Of a stretch of DNA of 64,000 nt, positions 52,700-64,000 are shown piece after piece. Each line of letters starts with the position of its first letter. Position 1 is the first letter of the stretch. The notes under the pieces are model-generated. The model was not told where the DNA came from. It did not search any database and worked only from the letters and a program-made list of their open reading frames with translations. Position numbers and translations under genes: made by a program. Origin of the DNA: Eledone cirrhosa (lineage: Eukaryota); contig OZ024741.1 of the NCBI GenBank assembly GCA_964016885.1, positions 345,464,001-345,528,000 on the forward strand, in the 5' to 3' direction.

Positions 52700-53030
52700 T
52701 ATCTATATACTACTAAAACTCTGTGATTGATTACTTGCTTGCTTGTCTGTAATATAATACAGCAAAAAGGGCGCATAATGGGAAATTACTTAGAAAGGAA
52801 ATTTACCCTTAGATGAGAATACATATGGAATAAAACAAGTTCGCGAAAATCGGAGACCGGGTCCCGAGTAAGGGGTTTTTTCCAGGTACCTTCATAAACG
52901 CAGAGAAAGAGAAAGAGAAAGAGAAACACATAAAGAGATAGTGGTTGTGAGAGAGTAGATTGAAAGAGAGACATAGAGAGAGGGAGAGGAGACAGAGAAG
53001 GAGAATGGAAGAGAGAGATAGTGGTGGTGT

Positions 53031-53073
<43 letters not shown>

Positions 53074-53136
53074 ATAGGTGTGTCTATGTGTGTATATGTG
53101 TGTGCCTATGACCAGTGAATATGGATCACAAACACC

Positions 53137-53198
<62 letters not shown>

Positions 53199-53585
53199 TA
53201 CATATATATAAATATGCATACACACACATATTTATGTATATACATACACACAAGTTTCATTTTACATTATATACATCTCTGTTTAATTATCTAAAAATTA
53301 CTTTTAAGTGAACATGATTTTTTTTAATATTTTGAAGTGAACGTGAAGAGTGTGGTTGTTTGTACTGTAATACAGCCAAAACGGCGCATAATTGGAAAAT
53401 ACTTTGAAAGGAAGTTGCCCCTGAAATAGGAAATACAAATGGAATAAAACAAGTTTCGCGTAAATCGGAGCACGGGTCCCGAGATACGGGGTTTTTTTCC
53501 GGGTATCATCATAAATAGAGAGAGAGAGAGAATGATAAAGACAAAGAAATAGTGATATAGTGGTTGTGAGAGAGTAGATTGAAAG
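52700..53585 (+). mobile_element. Helitron-like 5' part with internal ~210-bp direct duplication, cut by the assembly gap
   Basis: TCTATATACTACTAAAA..GCTTGCTTGTCTG start; 52755-52965 matches 53367-53585. Confidence 0.55.
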
Positions 53586-53785
53586 NNNNNNNNNNNNNNN
53601 NNNNNNNNNNNNNNNNNNNNNNNNNNNNNNNNNNNNNNNNNNNNNNNNNNNNNNNNNNNNNNNNNNNNNNNNNNNNNNNNNNNNNNNNNNNNNNNNNNNN
53701 NNNNNNNNNNNNNNNNNNNNNNNNNNNNNNNNNNNNNNNNNNNNNNNNNNNNNNNNNNNNNNNNNNNNNNNNNNNNNNNNNNNNN
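53586..53785. other. Assembly gap (200 N)
   Basis: Run of N. Confidence 1.
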
Positions 53786-53998
53786 ATCGTATTAATAGGA
53801 TTATTATCCACATCGCAAAAAGTAGTCGACAGAAATCATTGGCTTCATTTTAATTAATAAATCCTAGTCTTTCTCATAGAGTAGAGTCCCATGTTGATAG
53901 AGAAGGAGGCGAAATAAGATTATAGAGATAGATAGATAGAAAGATAGATAGATTCAAAATAAACAAACACGACCAACAACACCACACCACCACCACCC

Positions 53999-54072
<74 letters not shown>

Positions 54073-54804
54073 GATCACACATCAAACAAAACACTATACA
54101 CACACGCAAACGCATGTGCAAAGAAGACAAAATAAAATAAACAAATAAATAAATATATAAACAGACTAAATAAAGATGGCGTAGAAAATACAATGCAACG
54201 GGAGGAAACAATAGCACCACTGACTATGTTGCAGATGTGCAACGAAAGAACTTTGATAAACTATATATATGTGTTTGTGTCTATATTGTATCTGTATTAT
54301 TTTTGGCCGTTGGTCAGTCAATGGCAACATTGAGGACCGAATAAATTAGATTACCGATATAAAAGACACAGAAGAAAAAAGCGAAAACCAACCAAACAGT
54401 GAGTGTGTTCTGTTATTAATTCTGGTAATATTACACAAATATGACCCTCCCCAAGTATAACAATATTTGTTTCGACACACGATTTCATATCAAAAACCTC
54501 GCAAAACTATATATATATGTCCCTTGTGATTTGAACGCATATATGTATATATCTGTGTTTGTCACTCTTTATTATATTATAAGGTCCGGAAAATATTTTC
54601 CTTGATCTATTTTAAGTATAAGGGACTATTGTGAGTTTTTAACTCAATATATACTTTTGATATATACCTATATATATATATATATATATATAGATAGATA
54701 GATAGAGAGAGAGATAGAGAGAAAGAGAGAGAGGTGAGATAGTTGGTTAGATAGACAGACAGAAAGAGTTGAATCTATATGCACGTGAGAGAGAGAGAGA
54801 GAGA

Positions 54805-54849
<45 letters not shown>

Positions 54850-55257
54850 TATAGAGAGAAAGGGATATATATATATATCTATATATCTAAAACAGCGAAT
54901 GTCTGTCTGTCTGACTCCCTAAAACTCAAGAACCACCCAATCGATTGTTTTCAAACTTTACACATGTAATACTTATGGTACTGTGAGTGTTTTGAGCAAA
55001 AATATTTCAAATTTTCAATGCCCAAGGGACCGCATGAGGCGATTTAGCGATCTCTCTCTATAATTCATAGTCTTTCTTTTTAGATAGATACATAGTTATA
55101 ACGTTGCGCCCTTATAATATCTGTCTGTTTGTCTGGCTGTCTGCATTACGACATTATGACGCTATATGTGTGTATATATATATGTATATATAGTGTGTGT
55201 GTGTGTATATATATATATAGTGTGAAACGTTTTTCGAAATATTTACTTCTGCGTTCA

Positions 55258-55331
55258 CAGATTGATTTTTTTAGTTTCAGAAGATCCCGTTAAGAGTGAA
55301 ATCAGCGATTCTTTGCTTAAACTTTAATCTG
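55258..55331 (+). ncRNA. Third copy of the CAGAAGA hammerhead (PLE 3' fragment 55225-55341)
   Basis: Homologous to 9550-9668, with substitutions in stems II and III. Confidence 0.6.
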
Positions 55332-55348
55332 TTATTTTAATATATATA

Positions 55349-55700
55349 CGAGGGCAATCCCCAAAGTAAGGTCTCCTTCCAATATTGTAACTTCTCCGTT
55401 AAAATCCTGTGAATGGTGCTTCGGGAAACCTCAGGAACCAAAATGCAGAGAGCGTCCAGAGTGATCCGCCGACTTTTACGCATGTTTTCCTCGGAATGAG
55501 ACCTCACTTTTGGGATTGCCCTCTATATAATAACTGCGCGAAATTCGCACTTGGCGGTAGCATTCAACGGGAGCTCCATTCTCAACGACTGCCAAGATTG
55601 AGCATCCCAGCGAAGCGCGCACATGCTTGGTTGGGAGTGAAGGAAGCATTAATCACAACAGTGTTGCCAACAGCCGTACGAACATTTTCTCTGCGTCCCC
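55349..55700 (+). mobile_element. Mariner-like left end fragment
   Basis: TA|CGAGGGCAATCCCCAAAGTAAGGTC resembles mariner TIR starts; no partner TIR seen. Confidence 0.45.
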
Positions 55701-55974
55701 ATATATATTCGTGTACAGATATTTTTACATACACAATAACAAAATATAAACAAAAGTATTTATTTCGCGATAAAGTATTGATTTTCTTCGCACGCCCCCC
55801 CCCCCTGGTAATCTACGACGAATTTGTTTTATAAGCACAAAATGCACACACCATCCCGAGGCCGAGGTATTCCCTACTTCTCTGTACTGTTTCAGAAAGG
55901 AGGGATAAACATGCCAATCTAATGTTTAGAATCCCGAGCAACGCCGGGCCATTCTGCTAGTATATATATATATA

Positions 55975-56142
55975 TATAACAAAGAAAGTGACGCAAGGAA
56001 CCAGGTGGACTATAACGCACCAGAGTACTCGATACTGAGGGTAGTAGAGTGGGTAATAGGAAAAGAATTAGGACCCCGACGGCTGAGCTCCGGCCGTTTC
56101 GACACCTAGATCCGAACTCCGTCGGGGTCCTAACTCTTTTCC

Positions 56143-56145
<3 letters not shown>
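55975..56145 (-). mobile_element. Second copy of the 34662-34860 family with short fold-back, in (TA)n
   Basis: GAGTACTC.ATACT.AGGGTAGTAGAGTGGGTAATAGGAA..GGACCCCGACGGCTGAGCTC..GCCGTTTCGAC. Confidence 0.75.
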
Positions 56146-56236
<91 letters not shown>

Positions 56237-56680
56237 AAGAGAGATGAAGAGAGGAAAATGGAAAGGAAAAGAGGAGGAAAGAAAACGAAAGAGATAATTT
56301 TGTTTAATATTTATTGAATTGACTGGACTCAATCAGAGTAAAGGACAGATGAGTAGGCAAGAAAGAAAATCATGATATTGTGTGTTGAATTAACTTCGAC
56401 CTACTGACTTACAAACAGCTTCCTCTACTAACCCTTAAACGGACTGACCGGATATGGCAGCCGTTAACTTCCGGAGATACATTTTCAAAAAAAGAAAGAA
56501 AGTAAATATTAATCGATTGGATGGAGAGTTGTTTAAAGACAGGAGGAAGAATTAAACGTAAGAGATTGAAAATGAGGAAATAAAATGAAAAGGAATGAAT
56601 AAATGAATAAATAAATATACACAAGTAAAGATGTGGACACAGAAGCTGACACAAACGAACTGAGAGAGAGAGAGAGAGGG

Positions 56681-56711
<31 letters not shown>

Positions 56712-56766
56712 GAGAGAGAGAGAGAGATAAAGAGGGAGAGAGAGATAGAGGGTAGAGGAAGAGAAC

Positions 56767-56797
<31 letters not shown>

Positions 56798-57032
56798 AGA
56801 GAGAGATAAAGAAAAGGAGTATATTACACACACACACACACATGTATATATATATATATATATGCATACATATATATATGTATGTATGCATATATATATA
56901 TATGTATATATATATATGTATATATACATGTATATATACATATATATATATGTATATATATATATGTATATATACATATATATATGTATATATATATGTA
57001 TATATATATATGTACATATATATATATATGTA

Positions 57033-57110
<78 letters not shown>

Positions 57111-57149
57111 TTCAATATTATATATTAAATTCAATATTATATATATATA

Positions 57150-57830
57150 TAATATTAAATTCAAATATTAATAAAATAGATGTTCTTGTGATCAATTAAA
57201 TTTTATTATACATATTCCAGAGGTACGTGAATCAGGTTCAACAGTACGTCCTCATCAGATAAAATAAAATGATACATGACATACCCTGAGATGTTAGATG
57301 GTTAAGATTTAATCAGGTTCAACAGTACGTCCTCATCAGATAAAATAAAATGATACATGACATACCCTGAGATGTTAGATGGTTAAGATTTAATCAGGTT
57401 CAACAGTACATCCTCATCAGATAAAATAAAATGATACATGACATACCCTGAGATGTTAGATGGTTAAGATTTAATCAGGTTCAACAGTACGTCCTCATCA
57501 GATAAAATAAAATGATACATGACATACCCTGAGATGTTAGATGGTTAAGATTTAATCAAGGTAGTGATTAAATCTTAACCATCTAACATCTCAGGGTATG
57601 TCATGTATCATTTTATTTTATCTGATGAGGACGTACTGTTGAACCTGATTTACGTACCTCTGAAATATGTATCATAAAATTTAATTGATCACAAGAACAT
57701 CTATTTTATTAATATTTGAATTTAATATTATATTAATAACTCTGGAAAATATTTTTACAGTAGAGTGCTTCCAATCTACTGTAAAACTCATTCTTTGATA
57801 TACTCATTGAATCTTATTTAACTCTTTAAT
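57150..57830. mobile_element. Tail-out palindrome with hammerheads; left arm carries a 4 x 81-bp tandem
   Basis: Units at 57230, 57311, 57392 and 57473; apex ~57560; the right arm has a single unit. Confidence 0.88.
57615..57680 (+). ncRNA. Type I hammerhead ribozyme
   Basis: ATTTTAT-CTGATGA-GGACGTA..TACGTACC..-GAAA-TATGTA-TC-ATAAAAT; the mirror copy 57200-57265 has GAAA changed to GGAA. Confidence 0.8.
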
Positions 57831-57899
57831 ATATATATATATATAGAAGTCCCATGGACTGAATGCTTTACCACTACGGATATTACCTTCCAGTGTTCT

Positions 57900-58676
<777 letters not shown>

Positions 58677-58965
58677 GAAAGAGAAGGGGATATAAGGTGA
58701 GTGTGAGGGTTAGAGAGATGAGTCTGGTTTACTAAAAACTATGGCGGAAGAAATGATGGCTTGTAAAGTACTGGAAAGTTAACGAGTTGGCAAAGATGAT
58801 TGCAATTTAATAAGTTCGTCTCGTAAATTACGTATTGCTACAAGAATTATTTATGCCCGGCAGACATTACGTTCTTTCTTTTGTATATTCCCGCTACGCT
58901 TCTGTGTATATATTTATAGAGAGAGACATACACAGACAGGCATATATAGAGATGTGTGTACGTGT

Positions 58966-59042
<77 letters not shown>

Positions 59043-59639
59043 CACACACACACTTATATGTATGTATCAATGTGTGTAAGAGTATGTATGTATGTATGTA
59101 TGTATGTATGTATGTATGTATGTATGTATGTATGTATGTTTGTATGTAATTATTAAGCGCTTGACATGAGAAAATATTAAGGCTAAGCACTAACGTAAAT
59201 TTTAAAAAAATGCCTTATTACTATGAAACAATTAAAAACATTTTTGACAAGAATATATAATCATTTACACACACACAAACAGACAGACATACAGACACAC
59301 ACACACACAGCGACTCACACACACACTCACAGACACTCTCATAACATACTCTACATACTCACATACACAAACAGATATACACACTTACATAGAGGAAAAG
59401 TCTGACATTCGAAGTGAGATGATACACGGCTCCCATAAGTAACGATAGCCTTCGCATGAAAATCAGGCTACATGTGGGCAACTACGAAATCTCTCTAACA
59501 TGTACAAAGAAAGCCCAGCCACGTGACACGCCCTGATGGATTTACCAATCTAATCTAATCTACTCTGGCCGAATTTACACTCGCAAATAAGAAGAACCAG
59601 GGCTGCCCCTAGGAGCATGGATTTGGTGTACTTCATATT

Positions 59640-59935
59640 TGTTTCGGTTGCTGAATACAATCAGGGGTCGCTGCTTCTCCCGAAGGTCAATAGTTCTCTT
59701 CTAACTCGAGCGGGAGTGCCTTTCCATTGTCAATTTGCATTGATCATCTGCAAAGCTGCATTGTTCTCAGAACCACTACACCAGTCTTTCTATGCGTGCA
59801 GCTGGAACTACTGCCACCCATTGATTTGGCAGGATCGCTACTCATTTCTACAGGTGAGTAAACTGGAGCAACGTGATGTATTGTGCTCAAGGACACAATA
59901 CATCACCCGGTCCGAGAATCGAACTCACAACCTTT
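59640..59935 (-). mobile_element. tRNA-SINE (family B-related)
   Basis: Minus strand GGTTGTGAGTTCGATTCTCGGACCGGGTGATGTATTGTGTCCTTGAGCA. Confidence 0.7.
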
Positions 59936-60036
59936 CAATATATAAAAGAGATATACACATTTGGTAATATACATATTTGGTAATATACACATTTGGTAAT
60001 ATACATATATGGTAATATACGCATATAAACTAGTAT

Positions 60037-60193
60037 AGGTAGAGTGTCGGACGCTATGCTTTGCAGCATAGAGTTACGGAGTTCAAATCCCGCCGAGGTT
60101 AACTTTGCCTTTCATCCTTACGGGGCCGATAAAATAAAGTACCAGTAATGTACTTGGATAATTGCTGGCCTTGTGCCAAAAGTAGAAACAATT
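60037..60193 (+). mobile_element. tRNA-SINE family A
   Basis: GGTAGAGTGTCGGAC..GAGTTCAAATCCCGCCGAGGTTAAC..AGTAGAAACAATTA. Confidence 0.85.
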
Positions 60194-60249
60194 ATATATC
60201 CAACATTATTGATACACATCAGCGAATTATTTTTTTTCACATGTATTTT

Positions 60250-61555
60250 CATACATGCCATAACAACATTATCTCCTCCAAAGTAGATCAGCTCAGCAGG
60301 TATTCCGTCCAAACCTGGAGCTTTTCCTATGTTTATCTTTTTAATAGTAGACCTTATCTTATCAATGGTTGGATCATGCATCTTCTCTGTCACAGTCTCC
60401 TTTTGCGGCAGACTATTGATAATTTCCTCAAAACTACAGATGATTTATGAAACAGATATTTAAAGTGTTCAGTCCACCGACTTATGATTCCTGCTGGATC
60501 TTTGATGAAGACGTTCCCACTATGGGCGGCTGTGGGCCCAAAACATGCCTTATTGTGCTGTATAGTGTTGTAAAGTCTCTGCTGTTATAAGCTCTTTGCA
60601 TCTCTGCTGAAACTTCAGACCACCAGTTATTCTTTATTTTTCTAGTTTTACATTGCAGTTTTGAGTTTGCTTCTTTGAAGGCTTTCTCAATAGAGGTCCT
60701 CACTGGACGCTCTGCAACAGCTTGTTCTTCTCTTCTCATCAGCCCCAGCATTGTAAACCTGAGTTTTAAACTGTTCCTAAGTTCCACCAAAGATAATGTT
60801 GTCAAGTGCTTTATGAGGAGTATCTCTCAGTTCTAAAACTATAGAAGTTTGGACACTTGTACCCAACTGTCTCATCTTTCCTCTAATCTGCACTTTTCTA
60901 TTGTCACGTACAAGTTTGTGGTATGTACCTCATTCTGCAACACACATTACTCTTACAGAGCAGATATCTTGGTGATGATATAATCCAAGTTATGTCCATT
61001 TTTGTATCTCGGGTGTATCCATGTTGCCTTGTGGATCTCGTTTTGCTGAAAAAAAGTATTGTACATGACTAGCTCAAACTAAGCGAATGATTGCAAAAGG
61101 AGAAGACCATTTGCATTTATCTTGCCCATGTCGTGACGTCCCAAAACATTCCAAATGTGGTCGTTCTATTCAACACTTACATTGAAATTTCCAAGAAGCA
61201 AAATCTTGTCCATATGTGGAATCGATGTTACACACATTCGTAAATCTTGGTAAAAAGCCATGATTGATTCATGGCTACTGTCCAGGGTAGGAGCATACAC
61301 TGAAATGACAATCACGAAACATCCCCTTGAAAGAGGAACTCTTAGATGCATAATTCGATCACCAACGCCTTGTGGTTGCTCAAGTCGCTTTGTGAGTTTG
61401 TCCGGACAGCGAAACCTAGTCCTCCATTCTTTTTCTCCTTATTTGGTTTCCCTTTCCAGAAGGGCGTATGGCCAGTACCCCTTTCTGATAGATGACCTTC
61501 ACCACTAAGACGGGTTTCAGACAATGCATCTATATTCTTATTTAGGCACAAGGCC
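60250..61555 (-). pseudogene. Decayed RTE LINE: APE endonuclease plus linker
   Basis: IDALSETRLSGEG..FWKG..GLGFAV; ISVYAPTL..FYQDL..LLLGNFN; TW.HPR..LDYII; GKAPGLDGIPAE. Confidence 0.85.
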
Positions 61556-63482
61556 AACATACATACATGCTTATATGCATACACATATGCATGCTTACAT
61601 ACACACACATACATACATGCATGTTTACATACATACATACATACATGCATACATACACATACATACATATATACATACATACATACATGCATACATACAT
61701 GCATACATAAATACGTGCATATATACATGCATACATACTTAAACACACGTGTGCCCTCGCACCCATACACTCACACACATACACACACATACAAACAAAC
61801 ACACACACACACATATATAAATATATAATCAGAGTTGTACACATATGTATATAATATATAACTATTTTCTATGCTCGCTTCCAATTAAATGCCGCTAAAA
61901 TTTAGCTCAGTTATTGTGGCCACAGATACAGAATGTAACCCACATTTGTTCATTCCCTATTTTGTAATAACTCTGGTGTCAACTTTATGGCACTATATTT
62001 AACTGATTTTTGACAGAATTCACCACGTTTGACTACTAGAATTTTTATCAACACGCCGACGCGTATGTGTGTATGTGTGTGTACGTGTGTATGTGCATAT
62101 GCATACATTTATATGCATGAGAATATAAATATAAATGCGTAAACACAGACACACTTACAAAAATACACACTCACTGATATACATTCATACAAACACACAC
62201 ATACATTCACACGAACACACACATATACATTCACACACATAAACACACACGCTGTTTTGCTATAGTTTTTTCATCATCTCCTTCCTTCCTTTTACACACC
62301 CATACATTCACACACACACACACACATACACACACATACACACACACATACACACACACATACATTCACAGAAACACACACTCACATACATTTATACAAG
62401 CACACACATAGATTCACACACACACACACACACACACATACATTCACACACACACACACACACACACGCACATACATTGAGTGACGGACGGAAGTTGCTC
62501 AAATTTATATATAGATAATAGAGTTATGCGTTAGTATATACATTGAAATTTATACGCAAGCCAAATTGAGCCTCTCTAACATAAAATAATTGCCATATAC
62601 TAAATTATACATCGTCTACCGAGCATTAAATTGGCATTTTTATAATGAACTCTAAATAATTTATATTTTATGTGTAATGATATTTATAGTTTTAGTCTGA
62701 CTAGGCACAGCTTACTTTGCCTGCACAGACGGAATGTCTCTGGTATGTATGTATGTATGTATGTATGTATGTATGTATGTATGTATGTATGTATGTATGT
62801 ATGTATGTATGTATGTATGTATGTATGTATGTGTGTGTGTGTGTGTGTGTATGTGTGTATGCATGTGTGTGTCTATGTATGTACGTATGCATGCAAGCAT
62901 GCCTGTATTCATGTATGCATGTGTGTATGCATGCATGTATGTATGAATGTGTATGTATGTAAGTATCAATAGATGGATGCATGTATTGCATGTATGTGTG
63001 TATGCATGCATCATACATATATGTGTGTGTATGTATATATGTATATATGCGTGCATGCATGTTACTGCATGTATGAATCTGTATGTTCTGATTTATGTAT
63101 TTGTACATACACGTATTCATACATCCATATGTGCGTATATGTATTTCACACATTTTTATACACGCTACAGGCTGAAATATTTTCATAGAGTTTCCTTAAT
63201 GGATTGTAATTGTAATAATGTTTGCGTGTATGCTTTCTTTTAAATTCATTGAAGTTCTTCTTACGAGAATATACGCTAACCACTTAGAAAGTGACAAGAC
63301 GTTTGGTGGGAGTCAAGATAGTTGTAGGGATTAGTAAATATATGGTTGAGTTAATCAGTGCATTTATGTAGCTGCTTGCAATTGCACTCATGTTAGGAGT
63401 GGACGTGTCTGTTTGAGTACACGAATATTTGTGTGTTTGTGTATGTATGATTAAACACTATATATATATATATTTGTGTGTG

Positions 63483-63730
63483 AAGGCACGTGACCTAGTG
63501 GTAAAAGTGTTGGACTTACGATCGTAATGTCATGGGTTCGATTCCTGGGCTAGTTTGTGTGTTGCGTTCTTGAGCAAAAACACTTAATTTAACGTTGCTC
63601 CAGTATACTCAGCTGAAAATGAGTACCACATATAGTTGGGGGTTTAACCCTGCGATAGACTGGTGTCCTGTCCAGGGGAAGTCATGTACTCTCCGTCGCT
63701 TCACGCTATGAAACCGGGATAAGCACCGGC
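63483..63730 (+). mobile_element. tRNA-SINE family B
   Basis: TGACCTAGTGG A-box, GGTTCGATTCC B-box; homologous to 49761-50010. Confidence 0.8.
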
Positions 63731-64000
63731 TCAACGCACTGCTTGCAGCGCATGAGGGCATGCATGCATATATATATATTTGTGTGAGGCAACGAAATAG
63801 CAGAACCGTTAGATCGTTGGATAGAATGCTTCACATTATTTGATCAAATTCCGTTGGGGTCAATTTAACCTTACATCGTCTCAAGAACAATGAAAAGAGT
63901 TACAGTCCAGTGTTGCAGTGGATTTCCCCTATATATCTCTTTCCAACTTCCTCTCAATCACTCTATCTCTCCTACTCTGGAAGAAATCGGTTGTGTTCAG

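Larger units (their letters stand above)
54878..55960 (+). mobile_element. Non-autonomous Helitron with nested or captured fragments
   Basis: A|TCTATATATCTAAAA..GTCTGTCTGTCTG start; CCCGAGCAACGCCGGG hairpin plus CTGCTAG|T end. Confidence 0.72.

Noticed and set aside
53304-53857. ORFs spanning X runs
   Set aside because: Artefacts of the 200-N gap
57230-57553. CRISPR-like regular repeat
   Set aside because: Units are identical end to end with no unique spacers; no cas genes; eukaryotic context

Overview
AT-rich, microsatellite-saturated eukaryotic DNA with no recognisable host gene. The SINE and LINE complement suggests a cephalopod/octopus genome, but that is inference. Nearly all short ORFs in the track are translations of simple repeats. 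Real coding remnants are all transposon-derived: Penelope-like elements (PLEs; Naiad-type and Neptune/Poseidon-type GIY-YIG), an L1/Tx1 LINE with ORF1 and a partial ORF2, an R4/Dong-type REL fragment and several RTE fragments. Also present are tRNA-SINEs, Helitrons, hAT and Tc1/mariner MITEs, and a probable LTR with a tRNA-Trp PBS. The main signal, folded by eye, is about 15 well-formed and about 8 degenerate type I hammerhead ribozyme motifs from many distinct families. Most sit next to (TA)n tracts, either in tail-out palindromes that re-use the same two family-specific 3' endpoints, or in a ~480-bp tandem, ORF-less retrozyme-like array (16997-18680). Coordinates were counted by hand and may be off by a few bases; none of the ribozymes has been tested for activity.
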